A stretch of 64,000 bases of DNA. It comes from a virus. Shown here piece after piece: positions 34,440 through 43,933 of the stretch (positions within the stretch are counted from its first letter, which is position 1; each line of letters begins with the position of its first letter). The translations under genes were made by a program, and so were the position numbers. The notes beneath the pieces are model-generated. The model was not told where the DNA came from. It searched no databases and saw only the letters and a program-made list of their open reading frames with translations. The stretch lies in the IMG/VR virus record IMGVR_UViG_3300033149_002311, positions 1-64,000 of that record. One strand, written 5' to 3'.

Positions 34440-34823
34440 ATTTCAAAAAAGGCATGCCAGTTCGGCATATACCACCGCACGTTAATGGAGATGAAAATCA
34501 TTCAGATTGTGAGAATGGCATAGTTTCCTCGATAAATGATAAGTGGGTATTTGTAAAGTATGATAATTTGTGTTGTAATATGGTAACGGGGGATGAACCA
34601 TACACTGCGCAGGCTACTAGCCCTGAGAATTTGATAATAAGAAAAAAAGCAAGAATATTGAAGGATGATATTATCAGCAGATTCATGGCCGGGGAAATTG
34701 GTATTTTATTAAAGAATGATTTTGATAAATATGATTACTTTGTTCAGTTGCCACCTGTTATGTTAAATGGAGAAGAAATACATAGGTCTTATTATTTTTA
34801 TAAAGACGAGGTTGAATTAATTA

Positions 34824-36506
34824 ATGAGTGATGTAAAAATTGAGTATGATGATAAGAAAGGTAGGTTCATTATCTCAAGTCCACCGTGGGATGTAGAACG
34901 GGCGAGGTCAATACCTAATCGTCGTTGGAATAAGAAAAATCGAGTGTGGTATGCCCCTGCCCTGCGGGCAAATGCAAAGTATATTCTAGAAGTCTATAAA
35001 AGGGATGCCGATTTTTCACCCGAAGCATTGCTGGCCCTAGCAAATGCTGTGTTGCCAAAACAAATAGACAAAAAGAATGCCTTCCCATCATGGTATAATT
35101 ATAAAACTAAACCGTTTAATCATCAAAAAAAGGCAGTGGAAGCAATACACCCTGTGAATCATTCCGCGTTGTTCTGCGAACAAGGTACAGGGAAGTCAAA
35201 AATAGCTATTGATAGTTATACTGCACGGGCTATGCAAGGTAATATAAATGCAGTCTTAGTCGTTTGTCCGGTGTGTGTTCGGGATAATTGGATGAATGAA
35301 ATTGATGTACACTGTCCGATTGAGCACTCATCAATGGTGCTGGATACGAAGAAAATCAAAAAAGTCCAAGAATGGATGGTGGATGAGAAGGGATTTAAAT
35401 GGTTAATGGTAGGTGTTGAATCATTGGCGCAGGGTAGAGCATATGAATATGCGGAAAAATTTATGCTTATGCACACTGCAGGTATGCCTGTTGATGAGTC
35501 ATCGCGCATAAAGAATTTTAAGGCAACAAGGTCTGAACGGTGTGTGTCGTTAGGGTTAATGTCTAATTATCGAATGTTAATGACTGGAACTCCGATAACT
35601 CAAGGTATCCATGATTTATATATGCAGTTTGAATTTCTTGATTCACAAATTATTAGTATCGGTGATTATTATTCATTTAGAAATCGATATGTAATTATGG
35701 GTGGCTTTGAAGATCGGCAAATTGTCGGTTATCAAAACGTTGAAGAATTAATGGATTACGTTAAACCATTTACATTTTATGCTCAGAAAAAAGATGTTCT
35801 CGATTTACCAGAAAAGTTGTATACTAAACGTATAATAAAAATGTCATCCGTTCAGGCAAAAGCTTATAAAGAACTTAATGGAAAGGGCAAGGAAACAATT
35901 ATTAATGGCACATTAATTGAAATAGAGCACGTTCTAGAGAAAATGTTACGTTTGCAGCAGATCGTCGGCGGTTTTTACCCCACGGAGTTTGTTGATGTTA
36001 TTACCGGAAAGATCAAAGGTGATACTAAATCATTACCGGGTAAGAACCCCAAACTTGAAGAATTATTATTAGTAGCAGAAGAAATAGCGGGGTCAGCTGT
36101 AATTTGGGCCAGATATCGCCATGAGATAAAAATTATCGCAGACGCTCTACGGGAGAAGTATGGTGAGGATACCGTCGTTGAATACCATGGTGGGATTGAC
36201 TATGATCAGCGGGTTCAGAATGTAAAAGATTATGAATCAGGTAAGAAAAGGTGGTTTGTTGGTAATCAGAGTGCGGGTGGTATTGGTATTAATCTAGTAT
36301 ATGGTAATACTATGATTTATTATAGTAATACATTTTCACTTGAGGAACGTTTACAAAGTGAAGATAGATCACATCGCATTGGTCAAAAGAATGATGTATT
36401 ATATATCGATTTAATGATGGAAGATTCGATAGACTTCGATATAGTGGAGGCCATTAGATTGAAGTGTGATATGGCGGACTACGTTAAGAGTAAGTTAGCA
36501 TCATGA
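34824..36506 (+). CDS. SNF2-family helicase
   Basis: EQGTGKS, VDESSRIKN, MTGTP, GGIGINL and QSEDRSHRIGQ. Confidence 0.93.
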   Translation: MSDVKIEYDDKKGRFIISSPPWDVERARSIPNRRWNKKNRVWYAPALRANAKYILEVYKRDADFSPEALLALANAVLPKQIDKKNAFPSWYNYKTKPFNHQKKAVEAIHPVNHSALFCEQGTGKSKIAIDSYTARAMQGNINAVLVVCPVCVRDNWMNEIDVHCPIEHSSMVLDTKKIKKVQEWMVDEKGFKWLMVGVESLAQGRAYEYAEKFMLMHTAGMPVDESSRIKNFKATRSERCVSLGLMSNYRMLMTGTPITQGIHDLYMQFEFLDSQIISIGDYYSFRNRYVIMGGFEDRQIVGYQNVEELMDYVKPFTFYAQKKDVLDLPEKLYTKRIIKMSSVQAKAYKELNGKGKETIINGTLIEIEHVLEKMLRLQQIVGGFYPTEFVDVITGKIKGDTKSLPGKNPKLEELLLVAEEIAGSAVIWARYRHEIKIIADALREKYGEDTVVEYHGGIDYDQRVQNVKDYESGKKRWFVGNQSAGGIGINLVYGNTMIYYSNTFSLEERLQSEDRSHRIGQKNDVLYIDLMMEDSIDFDIVEAIRLKCDMADYVKSKLAS

Positions 36507-36877
36507 TATGTGATTATTGCAAAAATAAGGTTAAATTAGTTAGGGGCGTCGCGGTATACCCATACCGGCCTGATTTATATAATAAAAAGTTTTATTTTTG
36601 TGAGCCATGTGATGCTTATGTTGGAACACACCCAAATGGCAAACCGTTAGGTAGGTTAGCTAACGCGGAACTGAGAAAATGGAAAAGTAAGGCGCATGCT
36701 GCGTTTGACCCCCTATGGGATAGGAAGATGATCAAGGATTCATGCTCTAAAACTAAAGCAAGAAAGGCCGGGTATAAGTGGTTAGCTAAAGAATTAGGTA
36801 TTAATTATAAGGATTGTCATATAGGTATGTTTGATATAGGTATGTGTAAAAAAGCGGTGGAGGTCTGTATTAAATAA
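36503..36877 (+). CDS. DUF3268 zinc-finger protein
   Basis: CDYC, CEPCDAYVGTH, PLGRLANAELR, AHAAFDPLW and CHIGMFD. Confidence 0.85.
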   Translation: MICDYCKNKVKLVRGVAVYPYRPDLYNKKFYFCEPCDAYVGTHPNGKPLGRLANAELRKWKSKAHAAFDPLWDRKMIKDSCSKTKARKAGYKWLAKELGINYKDCHIGMFDIGMCKKAVEVCIK

Positions 36878-36882
36878 GGGGG

Positions 36883-36911
36883 TTGACAGCCCCATACCCA
36901 TATGCTATACT
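36883..36911 (+). promoter_or_regulatory. sigma70-type promoter
   Basis: TTGACA-17-TATACT followed by a GGAGG RBS. Confidence 0.88.
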
Positions 36912-37580
36912 ATGGGTATAGGAGGTGATACCATGAACGTAATACAACGGGTTAAGATCGAGGGGCATATTTTCAAGCAATTAAATTTCCCTATTTTCCC
37001 ACAGGGTTACGAATTACGGTGGACAGCTTGTGATAAGAAAGGTAAACCATTGCGTGATGGTAAATCTTATAAAAGTTTGGATGAGGTTGTTGAAAATGTG
37101 CATTGATTGGAAGCAATTAGCACAATCTGCTGGTTATAAGTCTTTAAAAGCTACGTATATTAAAGCGGCGCAATCTGCTGGTAAGCGTAAAAATCCAATG
37201 AGAAAAAAAGATGAACTTCTTAAACATTTTAATTGGGTGATATGTCGGGTCAAGCATTATGCTTATTATACTGGTAAGTCTGCAGAAGAAATTCTCAATG
37301 ATTGGGAAGTAAAACGTACTTATTGCTGGTTAAATTACTACCAAGATTGTGCACAGCCTAAATTTCACTCAAATAGTAAAAAACAGATAGGTATTAAGGG
37401 ATTAAGAAAGCACTATAAAAAAGACAGTTGGTATAGAAATGATCCCGCAGCTAGGGCAGCGCGAGTATGTAGTGCTATCAGTGACATTCAAATGAGGCGC
37501 TCAACGAAGACTAAGTCCCGTTGGGGTAGTTTACGTAAAAAGTGCGCAGTGAAGCACCGAGAATATTTAAGTAATCATGG

Positions 37581-37609
37581 TTGACACTGCACTCCATATC
37601 ATGGTACCA
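37581..37609 (+). promoter_or_regulatory. sigma70-type promoter ahead of an ORF-free region
   Basis: TTGACA-17-TACCAT with TG extension. Confidence 0.7.
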
Positions 37610-37614
37610 TATAT

Positions 37615-37825
37615 ATACATCTGTAAGCCAGTTGCATGAAGGGAAAACGCGGTAAGAAGTAAGGAGTTAAGTCCTAAAACTTATTGCAAGTACCAGATTA
37701 GAAGGGGAGGTTGGGTTAAACTTAAATAACACTCAACTATCCTTCTTTGTGAAGACTCTATAAATCGTTTTTGTCAATACCTTTAGGGCTAACGTGTTTA
37801 CAGTTCAATTGGCAGGGTAGGCATT
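37615..37825 (+). ncRNA. Candidate structured RNA or leader
   Basis: Own promoter, no ORF in the track, and several stems (37649-37687, 37700-37746, end pairings). Confidence 0.45.
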
Positions 37826-38154
37826 AACAATAATTAAACAAAGAGAAAAGAGATGGCTAACACAACTGATTTAATGATTGCATGTTTTGATGAAGATAAT
37901 ATAATTTTAGGGATATCTAAAAAGACTGGGGTATTTTTTGAAAAAGTTTCTAATGGGGGAAAATCAGGTGGCCCGAAATCTCTTTCAATTGAGGCTTACG
38001 GGGCCTGCTACAGAAGTCTCGGTAAAGAACGGATAAATGAAGTAATTAAAGCTTTTAAAGAAGCTGATTTCCAATTTCCGGAAAATGCCGTATTAATTAT
38101 TGATGACGACAACGATGTATTTTCCGGCGTAGTACCATATTTGAATATCGACGA

Positions 38155-38183
38155 TTGACAGTATGATCCCTATGTGATATCAT
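38155..38183 (+). promoter_or_regulatory. sigma70-type promoter of the replication operon
   Basis: TTGACA-17-TATCAT with TG extension. Confidence 0.8.
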
Positions 38184-38214
38184 AGAGGTCAGGTCAGAGA
38201 ATAGAGGTGATACA

Positions 38215-38980
38215 GTGTCAAAGGTTTTTATTACACAGGAAGGTAATCATAATTACACCGAGGCTCAGGAGTTTGGGGAAGTAATTTTTTTAACATCGAG
38301 CGAATTCAGCCCGATACCGACATCTCTGAAAAATAGTGATATTATTAAAGAAATTCGGAAAAACATGTCCGATTACATTCCTGGTATTGATTATATCATG
38401 CCTTCCGGTTCACCGATAGCAATTGGTGTTACATTTATGATTGCACGGGAAAAGGGAGCAACTGTTAACATTTTAAAGTGGGATAATCACTACAGACGTT
38501 ATAATAGCATTATTGTTAAAATAGACTAGAGAGGAAGCAAAAATGTCAGAAGAACTGGTGTACCCCGAATACAATAATCTGTCGGCTGCGAATTTAGCCC
38601 GACACATGAAAACCGTTCGAGCAGACTTAGATGATGCTGATGTAATTAAAAAGAAATTGCAGAAACGGTTTGATTTCTTACGTTTACAAGCAATCCCCAC
38701 CGCCATGGAAGATGAAGGTTTAAGTAACTTTAAACTAGATGGTATTGGTCGAATCGGTTTAACATCTGACATTTATGCTAGTATCGTTTCTGGTAAAAAA
38801 GTGGACGCCTATAAGTGGCTAAAAGATAATAAACATGGTGATCTGATTCAACCAACTGTTAATGCGTCGTCATTAAAAGCGGCTATCAAGCAGATTTTGA
38901 AGAAAGGTGAAGAGGTCTTGCCGGAGGAGTTATTCAAGATAACTCCGTTCTCCCGAGCAAGTATTACCAAAGCAAGTTAA
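38215..38980 (+). CDS. Two replication-module hypothetical proteins (38215-38529, 38543-38980)
   Basis: Good RBSs; the second has the AYKWLKDN.HGDLIQPTVNASSLKA pattern often found next to phage SSB genes. Confidence 0.7.
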
Positions 38981-39045
38981 CCCTATCAACCCGTTGCGTG
39001 GTGGGGCTGAAGTACGAAAATCGCAACAGAACAGAGGAAAGTTAA

Positions 39046-39795
39046 ATGACAACGGCGAAGAAAAAAGAAGTAGCAGTCACTGGCAATACATTGCCTTCTT
39101 ACATCAAGCAAAACGAGACCGCCCGTGGTTCCGAGAATGTGGGTTCCGAAGATTTGGTAATCCCGCGAATCGAAATCGTGCAGGCACTATCACCGGCTCG
39201 TAAGAAGAAGGACCCCGGTTACATCGAGGGTGCAGAAGAGGGCATGCTGTTCAATAGCCTGACTCGTGAGTTATATGGTACTGAACTTATGATTGTCCCG
39301 GTAATGTTCAAGAAAGAGTACCTAGTATGGAAAGATCGTGACCAAGGTGGTGGTTTCCGGGGTGCTTTCCCGAACAAGGCCGAGGCTGAAGCGCGGGCTG
39401 TGGAGGTTAAGACTGAAGAAAAAGCCGATGCTGAAGCAGTTGAAACTGCACAGCATTTCGTAATGATTGGCCATGCTGACGGTCGCATTGAAGAAGCAGT
39501 ATTGTCGATGTCGCGCACCAAGCTGAAAATCAGCCGTGCACTGAATAGCCTGATTCGCCTTAATGAGGGTGATCGATTCAGCCGGGTATACCGTCTGGGG
39601 GTTGTTGAAGAAACAAATTCCAAGAATCAGTCATTTTTTAACTATTCGATCTCCAATGTGGGCTTCCCAGTTGAGGCCGTTTACAACAAGGCTGAGGATA
39701 TGTATGAGTCCGTTGTGAGTGGGGATGTGAGCGTTGAAGCTGATCGTAGCTTCGAGGGTGAAGTTAAAACAGAAACGGAGGGTTCTGAGTACTAA
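39046..39795 (+). CDS. Putative single-stranded DNA-binding protein
   Basis: GSENV..EDL.IPRIEIVQALSP N-terminus, acidic tail with aromatic end, replication context. Confidence 0.65.
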   Translation: MTTAKKKEVAVTGNTLPSYIKQNETARGSENVGSEDLVIPRIEIVQALSPARKKKDPGYIEGAEEGMLFNSLTRELYGTELMIVPVMFKKEYLVWKDRDQGGGFRGAFPNKAEAEARAVEVKTEEKADAEAVETAQHFVMIGHADGRIEEAVLSMSRTKLKISRALNSLIRLNEGDRFSRVYRLGVVEETNSKNQSFFNYSISNVGFPVEAVYNKAEDMYESVVSGDVSVEADRSFEGEVKTETEGSEY

Positions 39796-39805
39796 AGAAA
39801 TTAGA

Positions 39806-39869
39806 CGGGCTAGTTGGTTGCAATCGGGTTGCCATTTCGAAGATAACCCGATTGCAACCAACTAGCCCG
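39806..39869. repeat. Perfect 25-bp inverted repeat with a 14-nt loop
   Basis: CGGGCTAGTTGGTTGCAATCGGGTT / AACCCGATTGCAACCAACTAGCCCG. Confidence 0.95.
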
Positions 39870-39878
39870 CGTAATTTT

Positions 39879-39954
39879 TGGTAACGACAATTTGAGCCAT
39901 TGAAATACAAGTGAGGCTTCGCGTACATACGCAAATAGAAGATTGTCGTTACCA
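39879..39954 (+). ncRNA. Candidate small multibranch RNA
   Basis: TGGTAACGACAAT / ATTGTCGTTACCA 13-bp stem enclosing two hairpins; flanked by T runs. Confidence 0.55.
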
Positions 39955-39960
39955 TTTTTT

Positions 39961-40120
39961 GGCGTGGTAGCTCAGTTGGTAGAGCAGCTACACTCTTAAT
40001 CAATACTTGTCCCTTAAAATAACTTATTCGGTGTAGTTAGCCAGAGTCTAAAGGACCGGCGAATAAGAGTTTCCACTTTTAATGGGTTGGTCGGAAGTTC
40101 GAATCTTCCCCACGCCGCCA
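39961..40120 (+). ncRNA. tRNA(Lys)-like RNA with an inserted Ro-binding (Y RNA) stem
   Basis: Acceptor GGCGTGG/CCACGCC plus G-CCA; D arm GCTCAGTTGGTAGAGC; T arm GGAAG-TTCGAAT-CTTCC; CTTTTAA loop; insert has CTTGTCC...GGACCGG. Confidence 0.8.
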
Positions 40121-40134
40121 TTTTTAAAGAGTAT

Positions 40135-40202
40135 TGCGGGTCGGATGATTGAGCGTTATCACTTTGGATGCTAATCCGCTCAGTCGTTTAAATTAATCCG
40201 CA
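40135..40202 (+). ncRNA. Small Y-RNA-like hairpin RNA
   Basis: TGCGG/CCGCA ends; ATGATTGAGCG/CGCTCAGTCGT stem; apical CA-CTTTGGA-TG anticodon-like loop. Confidence 0.55.
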
Positions 40203-40209
40203 TCTTTAT

Positions 40210-40371
40210 GCAGTGTGTAGCTCAGCGGTTAGAGCAAAAGTGTAAAAATTCGTTTTCAAATACTTGCCCACTCAGTTGCGATCAGTCGCATGGTTAGCAA
40301 CAAAGGGGCCGATAGATTACGATAATCGGGAACTTTAGGTCGCTGGTTCGAATCCAGTCACGCTGCCACCA
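40210..40371 (+). ncRNA. tRNA-like RNA whose anticodon loop is replaced by a Ro-binding stem
   Basis: CAGTGTG/CACGCTG acceptor plus CCACCA; D arm; AAAGT/ACTTT stem; T arm GCTGG-TTCGAAT-CCAGT; insert has CTTGCCC...GGGCCGA. Confidence 0.8.
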
Positions 40372-40383
40372 ATTTTTAGTTAT

Positions 40384-40479
40384 ATGGACCGGAGTTTAAG
40401 ATCATCATGGACAGCGGCATTGGGGTTTCGTAGCTCCTTCTTTCTTCGGAAAGTAAATTCTTAAACAACACTAGTCCAT
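40384..40479 (+). ncRNA. Y RNA-like RNA in conventional orientation
   Basis: ATGGACCGG...CTAGTCCAT terminal stem, GTTTAAGA/TCTTAAAC upper stem; directly upstream of Ro60. Confidence 0.7.
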
Positions 40480-40501
40480 TATTTTATTAAGGAGAAGAGA
40501 G

Positions 40502-42079
40502 ATGCAAAATATGCAAGATCATTATAGCACTAAAGAAACGCCCCAGTCTGAAAAGATTCCGGGCAGTAACCAAGTGCAAAATAACGCTGGTGGTTTCAGT
40601 TTTGCTATGAATTGTTGGGCACGATTAAATCAATTTTTAATTCTAGGTTCATCCGGTGGGACGTACTACGTTAATGAAAAGAAGTTAACTATTGATAATG
40701 CTGAGGCTGTTCGCGAATGTATCAAGGCCGACGGTGTTCGTACAGTTAATACTATCGTTGAAATCAGTGATGCTGGCCGTGCGCCCAAGAATGATCCTGC
40801 TCTTTTTGCTCTTGCTATGTGTACCAAGTTTGGTGATGTGGAAACACGCCGCACCGCTTATGCTGCATTGCCTAAGGTAGCTAGAATCGGAACACATCTG
40901 TTTAACTTCGTGGCTTATCGCGAGGCTTTTGGTGGTTGGGGCCGTGGAATGCGGAATGCCGTTGCCAAGTGGTATCAAGATAAGGACTTAGGTAAACTGG
41001 CCTATCAAATGATCAAGTACCAACAGCGTGATGGCTGGTCTCACCGGGATTTGTTGAGACTGTCCCATCCGAAGACCGATGATGCCAGTCGGAACGCCCT
41101 ATATGCTTATGCTGTAGGTAAGCAATCTGAGGCCGAATTACCAAGTATCGTTAAGGCGTTTGAAATTGCTAAGCACACGGAGACTGCTAAAGAAATGGTT
41201 TATTTGATCAGCGAGCACGGTTTAACTCGTGAAATGATTCCCACCCAGTTCTTATCGGACCCTCTGATATGGGAGGCATTGTTGGAAAAAATGCCACTGA
41301 TGGCTATGATCCGGAATCTGGGTAATTTATCAAAATGTGGGCTATTAAAGCCTATGTCACAGGCTGCTAATACTGTGGTCTCCCGGCTCATGGACGGTAC
41401 TGCCCTGCAGCGCTCACGGATACACCCTATATCAGTACTGGCGGCACTGACGACGTACGGGGGAGGGCAGGGAGTGCGTGGGAATGGTACATGGACACCA
41501 GTACCACAGGTGGTAGATGCACTGGATGACGCTTTCTATTTATCATTCGGCAACATCGAATGCACTGGGAAACGATTTCTGCTGGGTATCGATGTTTCAG
41601 GTTCAATGACCTTTAGTTCAAGTAGAATTGCGGGATTGGCTAATATTACAGCAAATGTAGCAGCGGCTGCAATGGCTATGGTAACTGCGCGATCCGAAAG
41701 CCAATATTATGCCATGGGTTTTTCGGATGAATTTCGTGATTTAGGTATTACGCCGCGAATGCGACTTGATCAGGTGATACGGAAAACACGATCACAATCC
41801 TTCGGACGAACCGATTGCGCATTGCCGATGTTATGGGCTGAGAAAAACAATATTAAAGTTAATACATTTGTAATCTACACTGATAGTGAAACATGGGCAG
41901 GCCGGATACACCCACCCCAAGCATTAGATTCATATCGTCAGAAAATGGGAATCGGCGCAAAGTTAGTTGTAGTAGGTATGACATCAAATGGATTTAGCAT
42001 CGCTGACCCCTCTGATGCTGGAATGTTGGATGTGGTCGGATTTGACACGGCAACACCCAACATAATCAGTAATTTTTAA
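40502..42079 (+). CDS. Ro60/TROVE-domain RNA-binding protein (Rsr-like)
   Basis: QVQNNAGGFSF, FLILGSSGGTYY, KYQQRDGWSHRDLLRLSHPK, MPLMAMIRNLG, vWA DVSGSM and TDSETW. Confidence 0.95.
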   Translation: MQNMQDHYSTKETPQSEKIPGSNQVQNNAGGFSFAMNCWARLNQFLILGSSGGTYYVNEKKLTIDNAEAVRECIKADGVRTVNTIVEISDAGRAPKNDPALFALAMCTKFGDVETRRTAYAALPKVARIGTHLFNFVAYREAFGGWGRGMRNAVAKWYQDKDLGKLAYQMIKYQQRDGWSHRDLLRLSHPKTDDASRNALYAYAVGKQSEAELPSIVKAFEIAKHTETAKEMVYLISEHGLTREMIPTQFLSDPLIWEALLEKMPLMAMIRNLGNLSKCGLLKPMSQAANTVVSRLMDGTALQRSRIHPISVLAALTTYGGGQGVRGNGTWTPVPQVVDALDDAFYLSFGNIECTGKRFLLGIDVSGSMTFSSSRIAGLANITANVAAAAMAMVTARSESQYYAMGFSDEFRDLGITPRMRLDQVIRKTRSQSFGRTDCALPMLWAEKNNIKVNTFVIYTDSETWAGRIHPPQALDSYRQKMGIGAKLVVVGMTSNGFSIADPSDAGMLDVVGFDTATPNIISNF

Positions 42080-42084
42080 GGCTT

Positions 42085-42153
42085 TGGTGCGGAATCGGAA
42101 CTAATCAACTTTGCGTACCCTATGTGCAGGGTTATTACAAAGGTTCCGCACCA
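42085..42153 (+). terminator. Long hairpin followed by T5 after Ro60 (terminator or a further small RNA)
   Basis: TGGTGCGGAA/TTCCGCACCA plus inner AACTTTGC/GCAGGGTT. Confidence 0.55.
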
Positions 42154-42464
42154 TTTTTCTACATAGAGAAGAGTATGAATAACATTGTTGATATAAATAG
42201 TATCATTCTAGACCCTCGATTATCACGCGTTGGTATATTTGCAATACCAGTGAGTATGCTGCGATTAAAATTGGATGTTGTGATAGAATTGATGAGCGGT
42301 ATGGTGATATTAGAGGCTAAACCTGAAATTGATACTGGTTTAACTTGGTATACAGCTGTAGCCCCTCATTTATTCGATGAATTAACTGAAAATCATGCAA
42401 TCCCGATCTATGATATCGCAGAAAGATTGGATGGTTTATGGGAATTCCACAGGAGAATAACGTA

Positions 42465-42716
42465 ATGAAAGCAGCTAATTTAAAACAGAATATTAATGGT
42501 GGTGTATTTAGTGACTTAAAAAGTATTCTAAATACTTATAACCTTGAAAGTGTGGCAGAATTGGCTGGCTGTGCACATGGCACATTATATAATTGGATGA
42601 CTGGGAGGACCAAATCACCACGACTGTGTACAATTATTAAAGTGGCTAAGGCCGTGGGTTGCGAATTGAAATTAACCCAATTAAGTAGAACCCCGACCCT
42701 GAGGATAGTGAAATGA
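42465..42716 (+). CDS. HTH (XRE-like) DNA-binding protein
   Basis: VAELAGCAHGTLYNWMTGRTKSPRLCTIIKVAKAVG. Confidence 0.8.
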   Translation: MKAANLKQNINGGVFSDLKSILNTYNLESVAELAGCAHGTLYNWMTGRTKSPRLCTIIKVAKAVGCELKLTQLSRTPTLRIVK

Positions 42717-43320
42717 AAACGATCCATGAATACCCACTATCCCCTGGATTTAATTCCGTCATATTACCAGCTGGTGCAAAAATATTAACAGTGCATGAAC
42801 AACACGGCGGCATTAACGTGTGGGCTGAGATTGATACAGACAGGGAATTAACAAGTATAATTTTCAATGTCTATGGTACCGGGCATGAAATCAATGTTGA
42901 AAATTCAAAATATATCGGTACCATATTTATGGATAATGGTTACAAAGTGTGGCATGTCTACAAAGGTTAACAAAGGAGAAAGACACATGAACTGGGAAAA
43001 AGTAGAAGATAATATAACTAGCGGCCCAATGGGTCTTTTTAAATGGGTAGCAATACTTGCGGTATTGATGGGTATTTTATTTGGTGGAATTAGTTTTATT
43101 ATGAAACCGGCAAGCATGGCCATTGATCGTGTAGTGATGAAGCATAGCTTTCAATATCGTGAAGGGATGGAACAGCGAGGCGCAATTCTTGAGGCAAGCA
43201 TTATAGAGATTGATATTGCCTTGCAAAGTAATCCAGAAAATCGCCAAGATTTAATCAATCAAAAGCGTATTTTAACCGCTCAGTTACGAGCAATCACTAT
43301 AAATAAATAAAGGGGAAGTT

Positions 43321-43875
43321 ATGAAAAAGTTAATTATCTTTATGGCTATTATATTGGCTCTTGTTGGGTGTAATGCTAATGATTCTCAAAGCACGAAGAT
43401 TGCTCAATCTGTAGAGCGGCAACAGTCACAATATGCTACTGGGCAGCCAGTGCCAGCATATGACTGGAGTTTAGAGCGTGACTTGGTTATCCAGTTATAT
43501 AATATTCGCAATATGAAAGCACTAACACATTCTGTTTGGCGTAGCGATCGCGGCTTAGTCGAGGGCGATTGCGCAAGCATCGGGTTTGGCATCCCTTATG
43601 ACACCAGCTTAACAAATCCACTTGTTGCTACCGACGAAGATCAAAATGGATATAGCAACAACGCACTAACATCAATCGAACAGCCGGAGCCTAATGGCAT
43701 ATTTGCCAGTAAAAATACCTCAGCAACATGGGTAATGTGCGCCGGTGACACTGGAATGATTGAACCGGTTTATATCGAAACGAAGGTAACTGTTTATCCA
43801 TATTCGGTAAAAGTTGATTATGCTAATAACCGAGTCACTAAATCTGGAAAAGCCAGTGTTACTCTAAAAAGATAA
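43321..43875 (+). CDS. Putative lipoprotein, preceded by membrane protein 42987-43310
   Basis: Signal peptide with LVGC lipobox. Confidence 0.75.
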   Translation: MKKLIIFMAIILALVGCNANDSQSTKIAQSVERQQSQYATGQPVPAYDWSLERDLVIQLYNIRNMKALTHSVWRSDRGLVEGDCASIGFGIPYDTSLTNPLVATDEDQNGYSNNALTSIEQPEPNGIFASKNTSATWVMCAGDTGMIEPVYIETKVTVYPYSVKVDYANNRVTKSGKASVTLKR

Positions 43876-43933
43876 TCCATATGAAAAAATTTATAAACGG
43901 AACTAGGAGTGATCGGCCCGTAGGAGGTGTAAT

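Noticed and set aside
39961-40371. Ordinary tRNA genes or group I intron-containing tRNAs
   Set aside because: The inserts of about 85 nt are too short for group I introns and carry Ro-binding-like motifs; the second RNA has no anticodon loop.
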